Position numbers and translations under genes: made by a program. 64,000 nucleotides of DNA from an uncultured Acidobacteriota bacterium (lineage in GTDB: Bacteria > Acidobacteriota > Blastocatellia > Pyrinomonadales > Pyrinomonadaceae). Below are positions 1 through 17,528 of this stretch, piece after piece. The DNA lies in NCBI GenBank assembly GCA_963726735.1, contig CAVSDM010000011.1, forward strand, positions 2,827 to 66,826, given 5' to 3'. The notes below the pieces were generated by a model. It ran no database searches. It was not told the DNA's origin and saw only the letters and a program-made list of their open reading frames with translations. Position 1 is the stretch's first letter; each line of letters starts with the position of its first letter.

Positions 1-3000
1 GCCGTGCCGGCGTTGCGCGGGAGGTCGCCGGTGCGGCCGATGGCGGGGAGCTTGAAGGCTTCGAGCAGGCGCGGGTCGAGCGGCGCGCCGCGGCCGCCGC
101 CAGCGGATGAGGCGCGGGTCGCCGTTGAAGAGGGGCGGTCGTTGCCCACGTCGTCGAGGTTGCGGTCGGCGCCGCCGAGGCTGAGAGTTGAAGGGCGCGC
201 CCGAGGCGAGGCGGAGCACGGAGGCGAAGTTGCAACCGCCCGAGCGCGCGCGGCGCGTCGAGCGTGCCGGAGAGGACGAAGCGGTGGCGCCGGTCGAGGA
301 GGCTGCGCGCACGCTCGCGCGCGGAAGTCGCCGACGCGTAGCGCGCTCGAAGTGTTGACGACGCCGTCGTCGATCAGGCGCGAGAGCGTGTAGGCCGCGC
401 GCAAGAGAGCCGCCGGCCGCCGCCCTCGCGCGGAGTCGAACCGCGCGCGCCTCGACGTGAGGCCGTGGTAGAAGCTGTTGCCGACCGAGGCGAGCTGCTC
501 GACTTGCATGCGCGAAGGGTCGGGCCGCAAGGGTGCGAGCGCGGCGAGCGCGGCTTCGAGCGGCGGTCGAGGTTGACGCTGTTGAGGTTGAAGACGCTGA
601 CGGGCACGCCGAACTCTACGACGCGCGACGATGTTCGTGCCGCGTCGGCGAGGGCGCGAGCGTGAAGCGGACGAGTTCGCCCGCCGTCGAAGCGTCGTAG
701 ACGGGTCGCGCGCCCGTCGCGTCGCGGAAGTTGGCGAAGTCGCGCGAGAGAAGGTAGTCGGCGAAGTCCTTGTAAGCCGCGCGGCAGGCGCGGGGCGTTG
801 GCGTTAAACTCGCGCCAGAGATGAAGGCCGCGATTGAAGGTGTAGTTGGCCTCGAAGACGAAGCCGCGCCCCAGCTCGCGCTCGAACCCGACGTTGGCCT
901 GATAGCTCTCGGGGATGCGTATGTTCGGGTCGAGACGGCGCGAGAAGTCGGTGAGTCGCGCGCCGAAGTGGCGGACGAGCGAAGAGTCGGCTGCGAGCGT
1001 TGCGGGGAAGCGGAGGTGGGCGGCGATGAAGGCGCGGCGTTCGGCGGAGCGCGGCAGGTCGTTCGTGTCGAACTCGACGACGGAGCGCGCCGAGCGTGAA
1101 GTCGTCAAGAGTCCGCAGAAGCGCGCGGGTGAAGAAGACGCCGACGCCGAGCGCGAACGACCGTCTTGCCCGTGCCCGAAGGGTCGAGGCGAGCGCCGAG
1201 ACGCGGGCGCGAAGTTGTTGCGGTCGCGGAAGACGGACTCGCGCTCGTAGCGCAGGCCGGAGGTGAGAGATGAGGTTGCGGCGCGGCGCGCCACTCGTCC
1301 TGCGCGAAGAGGCCGGCGTAAGTGTTGCGCTGCGCCGACTCGGTGCCGAAGCGCTGGCGGAAGCGCGCGGGCGCGTCGGCGAGGAAGTCGCCCGCGCTCG
1401 TGAAGCTGAACGTGCCGGAAGCGTCCGCGAGATCGACGAAGATGGAGCGGACGCGCTGGACGTCGACGCCGAGCTTGAAGGTGTGCGCGCCGCGCGACGA
1501 AGGTCAGCGTCGTCCTGAATCTGCAAGCGCGTCTCGCGCGCGGTCGGTCGCGCCCGAGTTGGATGAGCCGGCGACGAGCGTGCCCGAACGGTCTGCGGTC
1601 GTCGGCGTGAGCGGATCGTTGATCGTGATGAGCACGACGGGGCGCGTGTCGCCGCTCGGTGCAGTCGCGGGCGCAGGCGCGAGACTGCGCGCGCAGTTGG
1701 TTGACGGCGCGGGCGGAGAGCACGAGGTTGTCCGTGTAGGCGAGCGCGTCGGTGTCGCGCGTGCGGCCCTGCAAGGCGTCCGCGAGGCGCGAGCCGCCGC
1801 CGAACTGTCGCAGGTTTTCGAGCGGCCGAGTTGGAAGAGCAACGCGCCGTTGTGCGTTCGAGAAGTCGTGATCGAGGCGCGCCGTGAAGACTGTGAGTGC
1901 GCAGCGGCGTCGAACGCGTTCGACGAAGGGCGCGAGTTCGGCGGGCGAGTTCGGCGGCGTGGCCTCGGCTCGAAGCGACGGCCCGCGAGCGTCGTCGGGC
2001 GCGGGAGCGGGAACGAGCGGGTTCTGCTCGACGGGCACGAGCGCATCAATCAGCGTCGAGTCGAGCACGTGTCGTACTCGTAGGCGACGAAGAAGAACGT
2101 GCGGCCGCGGCCGTCGAATCAGAGCGGTCGAAGATGAACCGGGCGACGACGGGGCCGCCGAGCGATGAAGCTCGCGGCGGTGTTGTTGCAGCGGCAGACG
2201 TTTGAGCCCGCGCCGGTTGTTGTTCAAGGTGTTCGCGTCGAGACTTTCGTCTCTGAAGAAGTAGAAGAGGCGGCCCGCGCAAGCTGTTCGAGCCGGCGCG
2301 CGTGCGCAGGTTGACGCGCCCGCCCGACGCGCGCCCGTACTCGGCGGAGAACTGGTTGGTGATGACCTGCACTTCTTCGACCGCGTCGAGCGAGCGGTTG
2401 GAAGCGTTCGCGGGCGGCGCGGTCGTCGTTGTTGTCGAGGCCGTCGATGGTGATGTTGTTCGAGTAGGCCGCGCCGCCCGCGAGCGCGAACGTGCCGGCC
2501 TCTTCGGGCGGCTGCGCGCCGCGCGCCGCCGTGGCCGCGAGTCGCGTCGCGGTCTTCGGCCGCGTCGCGCGTCGAGAGCGGCTCTTCGGTGACGCCGCCG
2601 AGCGGAAGACGAAGTCGAGCGGCGAGCGCGATGAAGAGCGGCAGCCGCTCCAACTCCTCGCGCGTGACCGTGCCGCCCGCGACGGTGCGCGTCGTGTCGA
2701 CGACGGGCGCGCCGCCTCGCTCACGACCGTCTGCTCGGCGGCGAGCGCCGCGGGGCGGAGCGTGAAGTCGATGCGCACGGACTGTCCGGCGAGCGTGAAG
2801 ACGTCCCTCCGCTCCTCGGCGGCGAAACCCGCGCGCTCGGCGCGCAGCGTGTAGCGCGCCGGGCTGAAGCTCGACCAGACGATAGCGTCCTTCTTCGTCG
2901 GTCACGGCCGTGCGCTCGGCGCCCGTCGTGAGGGCGCGCCGTGACGCTCGCGCCGGGGATGACCGCGCCGTTCTCGTCGGCCACGACGCCGGAGAAGGAG

Positions 3001-3122
3001 ACTTCGTCGAGGTCTTGCGCGCGCGGCATTGGTCGAAAGAGAGATGATGAGAATGATGCTGACGAAAATCAGTCTGAAGTCGAAGTGAGCGAGGGTGTGC
3101 GGAAGAAGGCGTGGCCGTTCAT
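1..3122 (-). CDS. TonB-dependent receptor with N-terminal carboxypeptidase-regulatory-like domain; frame broken many times; 3' end runs off the window
   Basis: Minus-strand pieces in three frames read in order. First a signal-like IFVSIILIISL, then AQDLDEVSFSGVVADENGAVIPGASVTA and TDEEGRYRLVELQPG (CarboxypepD_reg-like). Next come plug-region motifs YSNNITIDGLDNNDD and VQVITNQFSAEYGRASGGRVNLRTRAGSN. Barrel-like segments follow (GLRYERESVFRDRNNFAP, ESYQANVGFERELGRGFVFEANYTFNRGLHLW). The 843-aa ORF 374..2905 in the track is mostly out of frame (Arg/Ala-rich). The start is uncertain (ATG at 3122 or 3029). Confidence 0.75.
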
Positions 3123-3305
3123 GTATGCTTCTCCGGGCGCGTCCTGAACGGCATGGCGGTGAAGTCTTGGCGCGCGGAAAAGTCTGAGGGCCTGAGGCAG
3201 GTCTCGGGCTGTTTTTTTGTTTGCAGGCGCCACCTGGCGGGGTGAGACGTTAGCGCGTGTGTGTCGGCGGCCGCGCACTCTATCACCGGCGCTGGCTGCG
3301 CGCAA

Positions 3306-4736
3306 GTGAATTTACTTCTAACGAGACCTTGAACTCGCCTCTTTTTTTCCCTCCCGAAAGTTATCAGCAGTCAGCCGGGAAAGCCATTGACAGTGACTTT
3401 GCAGCGGAGTATTAAAGTCTGTACGCGTCGCGAAAACTTGTTAACGCCCCCGAGGCAGTTACTAACCTATCAGTCGGTAGTTGCAGACGCGCTTATCGCC
3501 TGCTCGGCATCATCTTCCCTGGTGTGCTGAACTCATGACCAGCTCTTTGACAGGAGAGACACCATGAATACTCACAGACCCGCCCGATGTTCAGCCGCCA
3601 GAACACCCTCCCTTCACAATCTTCTTTTTGCTCGCGTTACCTCGTCTGCGGGCTTGTCGCCGGTACCGGGCAGTTATCTGCGCAGGCGAGTCTCGGTGTC
3701 GGGCGCGAGCAACCGAGGTCCCCCCTGAGTTTAACCCGACCCGAAAAGATGTCTTTCCCCAAAGAGACCTGAAGGTAAAGGGCAGAAGAAACCGGGCGAC
3801 GCGTGAGCCTCGCATGCATTGGGCAAGGAGAGGTCTACGACGAATTTGCCGGTGCCGTCAGCGACGTCAGACAATGATCCGGGCAAGGGAAATATGCGGG
3901 GGTGGTGAAAAACAAAAGGCTGGACGAGCGAACAGGCGTCCAAGGCCGTCAGCCTCCGTGAAGTGCAGGTCGAGAGGATAAGCAAACTCGATGACCCGTC
4001 GAAGGTCTTCGTTGGAAGGCACCAACGATTACGTCAACTTCTCGGCCGGCTCGCCGGCACCAAGGTCGTCGAGATCCGCCCCTCTACCCCGTATAGCTAT
4101 TCAGCCCTCTGGCGAAGAACGGGGCGAACTCCCCGGTCAGTTCATGTTAATGATAAGGTGCAGGAGCGTGTTTCGAAACGGCTCCTCTGGAAAGGCCCAG
4201 CGCCGGTAGTCTTGTTGAATTTTCTCTATTATTCGGCCCGTCGCCGGACGGTTACCGAGCCTTCGCCTCAATAAGCCCTATGTTTCCCTCTTCGTGGGCA
4301 ACACCAAGCGGCACGCCGGGGGATCTCCGGCCGTGCAGGGAAGCAACCCCCGGGTCGTCCGCCTCGGCTTTCTCTTTGATGTTATTTCAAGATGGTCAAG
4401 AGAACTGTGTAGACGACCAGAGCTTCTATAATTGACCCAGATACGGGCCCGCAAAGCTGCGGCACCCATACCCAGACCTGTCTATTCGGCCTGGCGGCCG
4501 TATATTGCCCCCGTTCTCGCCGGGAAGAGTCACAGGTTCAACGAAGACGCCTACGCCGACGCGGACGCCCTCGCCGTCGCCGACCTGCGAGCCGCCGGAT
4601 GAGCAGCCTGACACCTGCTGCAAGTCTATGTACTACCAACCAGACCCCAGACCTCTCATAGCGTTGCGTATGGAACTGTAGGGCCTCAGACAACCCTCGA
4701 TGCGCGGGGGAGACTCTCGACGACGGCTGCATCGTC
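3306..4736. other. Relatively low-GC, ORF-poor segment (no ORF above ~117 aa in any frame); possibly decayed secreted-protein gene(s)
   Basis: Visibly AT-richer than the flanks. ATG at 3564 has a good SD (caGGAGAGacacc ATG). A signal-peptide-like stretch (FCSRYLVCGLVAGTGQLSAQA) lies in a different frame from 3587. Thr/Pro linker-like stretches (TPTPTRTPSPSPT, TPTPTPS) occur near 4540-4830. No function is recognisable. Confidence 0.3.
3387..3415 (+). promoter_or_regulatory. sigma70-like promoter candidate
   Basis: TTGACA (3387-3392), 17-nt spacer, TATTAA (3410-3415). It lies about 150 nt upstream of the SD-preceded ATG at 3564. Confidence 0.35.
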
Positions 4737-5484
4737 GTGAGTGACGCACCGGTGGTCTGCGACGAAGCGATTACAGATTACCGGTATACCCGGGCGACGA
4801 TAGTTGCCCGGGCACGACGCCACGCCCACGCCGACGCCGTCTCGGAAACGGGCGGGGGTTGCGAGGTCGATTGCCGATCACGTCTGGGCCGCGCTGGTTC
4901 TGCGGACGAAGGGTCGGTGTATCAAGAGGACGCCGGTACTCGTGGACATCGCGGGCGACGGCTTCGGGTTCACCGACGCGGCCGGACGGAGTGGGCTTCG
5001 ACCTCAGGCACGGGCCACGCGGAGAGGTTGCGTGGACGCCGCCGGCTCCGACGACGCGTGGCTCGCGCTCGACCGGAACGGTAACGGGACGATTGACGGC
5101 GGCCGCGAACTGTTCGGCGACTTCACGCCGCAGCCCGCCCCGCCGCGGCAGGGAGGAACGGTTTCCTCGCGCTCGCCGAATTCGACAAGGCGGAGCAAGG
5201 GGGGAACGCGCGACGGCGCGATTAACCGCGCGGGACGCGGTCTTCTCAGTCCTGCGGCTGTGGCAGGACGGGAACCACGACGGCGTCTCGCAAGCCGCCC
5301 GAATTGCGCCCGCTGTCGTCGCTCGACGTCACACGCATCCACCTCAACTACAAGGAGTCGAAGCGGACGGACCAGTACGGGAACCGGTTCTCGATACCGC
5401 GCGAAGGTGGGCGACGCGAAGGGGGCGAAGGTCGGCCGCTGGGCCTGGGACGTGTTCCTCGTCCGGGTCAATAGCAGCCGATAG
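4737..5484 (+). CDS. Secreted calcium-binding-loop (EF-hand/dockerin-like) repeat protein of unknown function; frame-broken; true 5' end probably further upstream
   Basis: Across two frames: VLVDIAGDGFGFTDAAG, DDAWLALDRNGNGTIDGGRELFGDFTPQ (EF-hand-like DxNxNGxID loop), [82 protein letters not shown]. Stop at 5482-5484. Confidence 0.5.
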
Positions 5485-5824
5485 TCAGCGTCACAAGTAA
5501 GAACTGCGCTATGAAGGGGCCGCCCGGTGAGCACTCAAGCCGTGGCGGCCGACTTCTGCATGCGTCAACGCGTAGCGCCCGTCGCGCCGGGCTCGCGTCT
5601 ACATATAACTTTCGCGCCGACGCGTCTCTCACGATTGCACGCGCTCGGCCGCGGGGTCGCAGTCTTGTCTTAAAAGCACAATCAAACCGTAACACCCCGC
5701 GCGGACGCAGGTATTAAAGTAGAAGGCTTTTCGAGGCACTCTGTCCTCTTTCTCTCTCCACGCGGCGGCGTGCGCATCGCGCATCGCCTGCCCAACCAAC
5801 CTAGACCAAGAGATGGAGTTGAAA

Positions 5825-6808
5825 ATGAGCATTACTGTGACCCGAGCATTCGTTTGTGGGCGGCGGCCTTCGGCCTCGCGCTGTCGCGTTCGCGCCCGCG
5901 GCCTCGGGCAGGTGGCCGCACCCCGACTTCGAATAACCGTCCCCTGACGCAGGTCAACACGCGCCCCGTCCCCGTCGGCGCCAAGGTCAAGTTCCGCGGC
6001 GTCGTCGTCCGCCGCGACGCCGACACCTTCATCGTCCGCGACGCGAGCCGCGTCGACACGCAGGTGCTTCTGACCGACGAGACGAGCATCAAGACGAACG
6101 GGAGGATTCTTCAAGGGCGGCAAGAATTACGCCGTCACACGACATCCTGACCGGCCTCATCGTCGAGGTCGAAGGGCGCGGCGACCGGCAGGGGCAGCTC
6201 GTCGCCGACAAGATCAGGTTCAACGAGTCGGACATGCGCGCCGCCATCACGACCGAGACGCGCGTCGGGCCCGTCGAAGAGAACCAGCTAAGCCTGTCGG
6301 GGCAGATCGACGAGCTAGCGCCGTCGCCGACGAGGCGCGGCGCGAGGCCGCCGCGGCGCAGCGAGACGGCCAGACCTCGCCAACGAGCGCATCTCCTCGC
6401 TCGACGACTACGACGTGCAGGAGACGGCCGTCGTCAACTTCCGCGCTCAACAGCGCCGTGCTCTCGCCCGAGGCGCGGACGGCAACTGGACGAGCTCGCG
6501 TCGAAGGCTACGGCCAGCGCGCGGGTTCGTCATAGAGGTCGCGGGGCACGCCGACGCGACCGGCAGCGCGGCGCGAAACTTCCAGCTCAGCCAGCAGCGC
6601 GCCGAGGCGGTCGTGCAGTACCTCGCGGTCAACCACCAGCATACCCATGCGCCGCTTCATCACGCCGATGGGCTACGGCAAGACGACGGCCGTCGCCGAC
6701 AACACGACCGCCGCGGGCCGCGCGCAGAACCGCCGCGTCGAGGTCAAGGTGCTCATCAACCGCGGCATGATGCGGCCGGCGCCCGTCAGCTCCGCGCGCA
6801 ACCCGTGA
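5825..6808 (+). CDS. OmpA-family outer-membrane/peptidoglycan-associated protein; several frame breaks
   Basis: ATG 5825 is preceded by GGAG. The signal-like stretch WAAAFGLALS lies in a different frame from this ATG (it is in ORF 5770..6150). The OmpA C-terminal signature is split over frames: FVIEVAGHADATGSAARNFQLSQQRAEAVVQYL, then MGYGKTTAVADNTTAAGRAQNRRVEVKVLINRG. Stop TGA at 6806-6808. Confidence 0.7.
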
Positions 6809-6820
6809 GGTGAGTACTTT

Positions 6821-6848
6821 GAAATTTCAAATCTGAAATTTCAAATCA
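6821..6848. repeat. Tandem 14-nt unit x2 (gaaatttcaaatc-n), AT-rich, directly after the OmpA stop
   Basis: gaaatttcaaatct (6821-6834) and gaaatttcaaatca (6835-6848). Each unit contains the palindrome gaaatttc. TGA triplets occur in several frames across 6806-6836. Confidence 0.8.
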
Positions 6849-6862
6849 AGAGCAAAAAGGTC

Positions 6863-6893
6863 GGGCCGGACGTGAGGCTCTCACGTCCGGCCC
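6863..6893. terminator. Bidirectional stem-loop terminator between convergent genes
   Basis: Stem gggccggacgtgag (6863-6876) pairs with ctcacgtccggccc (6880-6893), a 14-bp perfect stem with a 3-nt loop. It is followed by ctttgtttg and preceded by aaaaa. Confidence 0.6.
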
Positions 6894-6923
6894 GCGCCCT
6901 TTGTTTGTAAAGCCGCCGGGCGA

Positions 6924-7780
6924 CTACTTGTTGCGGCGGTCGATGTCGATGTCGTCGCGCCCGGTGGCGGTGGCGCGGCGAACCTTGGTGCCGCCGGTCT
7001 CCTCCACGTCCACGTCGGTGCTGCGGACGGTGTCGCGGACGGTCTCGGTGCGCTCGGCGACCTCCTTGTTGATGGCGACCTCTTCGACGACGCGCGCCGT
7101 CTTATCGACGACCGCCTCCTCGCTCCGCTCGCGCAGCTCGAACGTGCCCTCGCGGAAGGCGTTCAGGTCGGCCTCCGAGACGGGGCGGTTGACGGGGCGG
7201 CGCTCGACGTTGACGCGCTCCTCGCGCAGACGCACGGCCTCCTCGACGGGGCGCTCGACGACGCGCGTGCGGACGCGGACGCCGCCGCCCTCGACCTCGC
7301 GCTTGCCGACGCGCAGCTCCTCTTCGATGACGGGGATGCGCGCCTCGCCGCCCTCGTCGAGGTCGGCGCGATTCGTCTCGACATTCTCGGTGCCCATGTA
7401 GGCGGCCTGGCGGTCAGTCTCGCCGCGCTCGTCCACGTCGCCGCCGAAGCGGTTGAGGATGGCCTCGGCGCGGTCGGCCGTCTCGTCCGTCTCGCAGTCC
7501 ACGGTGACGACCGTGCCGCCGCGGCCGACGGCCTCGGAGTAGTGGCTCGCGTACTCCGTGTCGTCGCCGAAGAGGCGCGAGAAGAAGTTGCCGATCTTGT
7601 CGCCGACGCCCTCGTCGTCGCGGGATGAATCTTACTGGATGATTCCGAGCCTGCGTAGTTCGTGTTGTCGCGCGAGGTGATGCCGATGTCCTCGCGCGAG
7701 ATGCCGCTCTCGACCAGCTCGACCACGGCGCGCTGCGCCTCACGGTACTCGTCGAACAGTCCTACTATCGTCTTCGTCAT
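6924..7780 (-). CDS. YsnF/AvaK (DUF2382) general-stress-type protein; one frame break near 7600
   Basis: N-terminus MTKTIVGLFDEYREAQRAVVELVESGISREDIGITSRD (ORF 7163..7780). C-terminal part in ORF 6924..7502 has IPVIEEELRVGKREVEGGGVRVRTRVVERPVEE and RLREERVNVERRPV, which are typical DUF2382 repeats. Confidence 0.7.
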
Positions 7781-8510
7781 TCACTGTCCCCCTTTTTCGT
7801 TGTCTGTTGTTTAGGTGAGACCCGGCCGGAGAGAGTCAAAGGCCGGGCGCGATTGATTAGCTGTGGGCGCGGCATGGCTTCGCATGCCGACCTCCGTCCG
7901 ACTCGTCCGCGTCGCCGCGCGCGACATCCGTGCTCGGTGCGCTCGACAGAAACCTCTTCGCTGAGCAGCTTGACGCGCTGCGGCCGCCGCTCCTCGGTCC
8001 GCTTGCGGGTGATGCGCAGCTCCTCGCGCACCACCAGACGCTTCTCGACGACCAGCACCTCTTCGAGCACGGGCACGATGAGCGTCTCGCCCTCGTGGCG
8101 CGGGCCGACGGGGCCGTCCACGAACTCGTCGATGGGCACGCGCTCCACGTCATACTCCTCGCGCATGAGCGGCTCGTCCACGACCTCTTCGTGCTCGTGA
8201 CCGTCTTCGTGGATGCGCACGCGGCCCGTCTCGACGACGCGCTTGCCGACGCGCAGCTCTTCTTCCATGACCGGCACGACGGCGACGGGTGTCTGCTCGC
8301 GCGCGGCGGCGGCCAGCTCCTCGAAGCTGCCGCGGAAGACGAGAGTGCCGTGCTCCCTTTGTTCAATCGCGTCCGGCGGGAGCCAGAGCCGTCGGCCGTC
8401 CGCGAGCAGCACCCGCGCGCGGCCTTCGCCCTGACGCCGTTGACGTGCGCCTCAAGGGTGCCGCGCACCCCTTCGGCATCGAACACGAATTCGTTCTCGT
8501 CCTCCGTCAT
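7777..8510 (-). CDS. Second YsnF/DUF2382-domain protein; one frame break near 8420; 3' end uncertain (7777 or 7857)
   Basis: MTEDENEFVFDAEGVRGTLEAHVNGVR (start 8510). It continues in another frame as LLADGRRLWLPPDAIEQREHGTLVF, VVPVMEEELRVGKRVVETGRVRIHE and LIVPVLEEVLVVEKRLVVREELRITRK. The stop overlaps the next gene's ATG (ATGA at 7777-7780). Confidence 0.65.
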
Positions 8511-8680
8511 CCTTCTCCTTCGCGGACGTATGATTTGAGCCCTTACGATTAAGCCTCGGGGAGACTCAAGCAACGCGCATACCTCTCCTGTCCCGCGCGC
8601 CGTTTGCGAAGACAGGTCGCCTGTTCCGCACGCCTTCTCAAAGAGGCCGGCAGGCGCCCGGGCGCGAAACGGTACAGTGT

Positions 8681-13276
<4,596 letters not shown>

Positions 13277-13496
13277 CGCCTGCGCCTCACCCGGAGAGTT
13301 GTCTGTGGCTTCTGCGCGCCGTCCCGGCGGGTTCTTTCGACGAGCGCGCATTGTAGCACCTCGGCGGCGCGCCCGTTTGTCCAATCTGGCCTGAAATATT
13401 ATTTGCACGGCGTGAAAGTTTCGGCCGCGCGCGCCATATAAGTTTGAGAGCGCGCCGTCCCTCCGCGCGCGCTTCACCCAACTCACCCCGCAACAA

Positions 13497-13530
13497 AGGG
13501 GCGGGGTTCCTCAAACAGAGCCCCGCCCCT
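13497..13530 (-). terminator. Rho-independent terminator candidate after hspR
   Basis: Stem aggggcgggg (13497-13506) pairs with ccccgcccct (13521-13530), with a 14-nt loop. On the minus strand it is followed by tttgttg. Confidence 0.55.
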
Positions 13531-13540
13531 TCCCTCACCT

Positions 13541-13960
13541 CTACGATTCTCTTCAGCCGCGCGGATTCGTCTGCGCGCGCCGACGCAGGAGCGTCGCGCG
13601 CGAGGTCGCGGACGAGCGCGCCCGCCTCGGGCGGCGGCGGCTCCGTCAGGTGCGAGAACTCTTCGGCGTGCGATTGCAGGTAGGAGAAGAAGCGCTCGAA
13701 CTCGCGCTGCATCGCGTCCATCTTCTCGCGCATGTTGAGGATGATCTCGACGCCCGCGAGGTTGACGCCGAGGTCGCGCGTCAGAGAGAGAATGACTTCG
13801 AGCCGCGCCAGGTCCTCGTCGGTGTAGAGCCGCGTGTTCCCCTCCGACCGCGAAGGCTTCAGCAGCCCCTCGCGCTCGTAGAGCCTCAACGTCTGCGGGT
13901 GAATCTCGTACTGCGTCGCCACCGCGCTGATCGTGTATGTCCCGCCCTTCGCCTTTTCAT
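13541..13960 (-). CDS. hspR: MerR-family heat-shock repressor HspR; both ends approximate (probable indels)
   Basis: GGTYTISAVATQYEIHPQTLRLYEREGLLKPSRSEGNTRLYTDEDLARLEVILSLTRDLGVNLAGVEIILNMREKMDAMQRE is a MerR HTH of HspR type. It sits directly downstream of dnaK-dnaJ. ATG 13960 needs a 1-nt correction in an A-run. ORF 13287..13922 reads through the terminator, so the true stop is probably near 13541-13555. Confidence 0.6.
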
Positions 13961-13965
13961 AAGCT

Positions 13966-14055
13966 GGTAAATCGGTAAGTCGGTAAATGCGTAAATGGTG
14001 AGATAGCGCGAGCTGGCTCTATTCACTGATTTACTGATTCACCATTCACTATTCC
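13966..14055 (-). repeat. Inverted heptamer-word array (GGTAAAT/GGTGAAT family), imperfect hairpin between dnaJ and hspR
   Basis: Arm ggtaaatcggtaagtcggtaaatgcgtaaatggtgag (13966-14002) faces ctattcactgatttactgattcaccattcactattcc (14019-14055). GGUGAAU can pair with AUUUACC through G-U on the minus-strand RNA. Pairing overall is imperfect. Confidence 0.5.
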
Positions 14056-15230
14056 AAGTCCCATCGCCACGCGCGGGTTCTCGGGGTTGAGCTGCGCGTA
14101 GCGCTTGAGGAGTTCCTTCGTCTCTTCCGAGATGACCTTCGGGAAGCGTGACCTGGACTTCGACGAACTGGTCGCCGCGCGCCTGCGGGTTGCGCAAGGA
14201 GGGGATGCCGCGCTCGCGCATGCGGAACTGCGCGCCCGACTGCGTGCCGGGCGGAATCTTGAGCTGCGCCTTGCCCTCGATGGTCGGCACCTCGATCTTC
14301 GCGCCGAGCGCCGCCTCGGCAATCGTCACCGGCACCTTGACGTAGATGTTGTCGCCCTTGCGCGTGAAGTGCTTGTGCTTGCCGACGTTCGTGATGATGA
14401 AGAGGTCGCCCGCCGGCGCGCCCATGCGCCCGCCCTCGCCCTTGCCCGGGATCGCGCACGCGCGAGCCCGTGTCCACGCCCGCCGGAATCCTGACCTTCA
14501 CCGTCTCGGCCTTCGGCACCGTGCCCTTGCCGTTGCAGAGCGCGCACGGCGGCCGACGCTTCCCGGCGCCGCCGCAGTCGGGGCACTCCTGCGCGAAGCG
14601 CATCCGCCCGCCCGCCTTCTGCACCTGACCCGAGCCGTGGCAGGTCGGGCAGGTGACGGGGTTGCCGCCCGTGTCGCCCGCGCCGTTGCAGCGCGGGCAC
14701 TGCTCGGAGCGGTTGACCGTGATGTTCGTCGTCAGGCCCGTGACGGCCTCCTCGAACGAGAGCGCGAGCGGCATCTCGATGTCGGCGCCCTTCTGCGGCA
14801 TCGGCCGCGGCGGCTCCTTCTCGGCCTTCCCGCCGCCGAACAGGTCCGAGAAGATGTCGCGGAACGAAGAGCCGCCGCCCGCCGTCGAGGAGGTCGCGGT
14901 GTTGCCCCAGTCGAAGCCCGCGAAGTCGAAGGGCACGCCCGCGCCGCCCCGCGCGCCCGCGCCGCCGCCCGGCCCCGTCGCGCCGCGCGCGGCGGCGTCG
15001 GCGAGCTGGTCGGAGTACGACCCGAAGCGGTCGTAGACCTTGCGCTTCTTCGGGTCGGAGAGCACCTCGTGCGCCTCCGTGATCTTCTTGAAGCGCTCCT
15101 CGGCGGACTTGTCGCCCGGGTTCACGTCCGGGTGGTACTTGCGCGCGAGCCGGCGGTAAGCCTTCTTGATCTCCTCCGGCTTCGCGTCCCGCTTGACGCC
15201 CAGAACTTGGTAGAAGTCTTCTTTTGCCAT
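14023..15230 (-). CDS. dnaJ: Molecular chaperone DnaJ; at least two frame breaks in the 3' third
   Basis: J domain: [34 protein letters not shown]. Zinc-finger repeats: [32 protein letters not shown]. The C-terminal domain continues in other frames: [30 protein letters not shown], then [22 protein letters not shown]. Confidence 0.9.
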
Positions 15231-15233
15231 TCT

Positions 15234-15321
15234 GAAATGGTGAATAGTAAATGGTAAATGGTAAGTTGGGACGAGTTTAGCCTTTAAATCCAGTCACCGA
15301 TTAACCCATTCACCATTCACG
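15234..15321 (-). repeat. Inverted heptamer-word array between dnaK and dnaJ
   Basis: Arm gaaatggtgaatagtaaatggtaaatggtaag (15234-15265) faces cagtcaccgattaacccattcaccattcacg (15291-15321). aatggtgaat and attcaccatt are perfect complements; the rest is degenerate. Confidence 0.5.
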
Positions 15322-15326
15322 CGCTC

Positions 15327-17269
<1,943 letters not shown>

Positions 17270-17430
17270 TGTTTTCTGTCTCTCCCGATTTTTTAGCCGC
17301 GCGCGCCCCCTCGCGCCGGGGAGCCCTCGGCCGCGTGCCGCAGTCAGTTGCCTGCCGTAGCCCTTTGCGCCCTCTGCTCGGCTCCGAATGGGAGCCCTGC
17401 GGGCGCGCCGGCGACCTTGAATGCGCCGCT

Positions 17431-17459
17431 AATATAATATCTGAGTCTCTCCTTGTCAA
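17431..17459 (-). promoter_or_regulatory. sigma70-like promoter candidate upstream of dnaK
   Basis: On the minus strand: TTGACA (17454-17459), 17-nt spacer, TATATT (17431-17436). It lies about 160 nt upstream of the dnaK ATG, just after the upstream gene's stop. Confidence 0.5.
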
Positions 17460-17528
17460 CTTTTAGTAGCAATTCCCCCTAACCGGGTTGCCCGACGCAA
17501 GCCGTTGGAAACTAACGGATTAGCCGAA

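Noticed and set aside
374-2905. 843-aa ORF taken at face value as one protein
   Set aside because: Only short islands (MTDEEGRYRLVELQPG, ESYQANVGFERELGRGFVFEANYTF) look like real TonB-receptor sequence. The rest is Arg/Ala-rich out-of-frame translation. The true gene has to be read across three frames.
17270-17510. HAIR (CTTGAGT-N7-ACTCAAG) or CIRCE operator upstream of dnaK; also the ACTCAAG heptamer inside element B (35548-35554)
   Set aside because: No inverted pair with appropriate spacing is present upstream of dnaK. The single half-site inside the palindromic element has no partner at N7 and is most likely coincidental.
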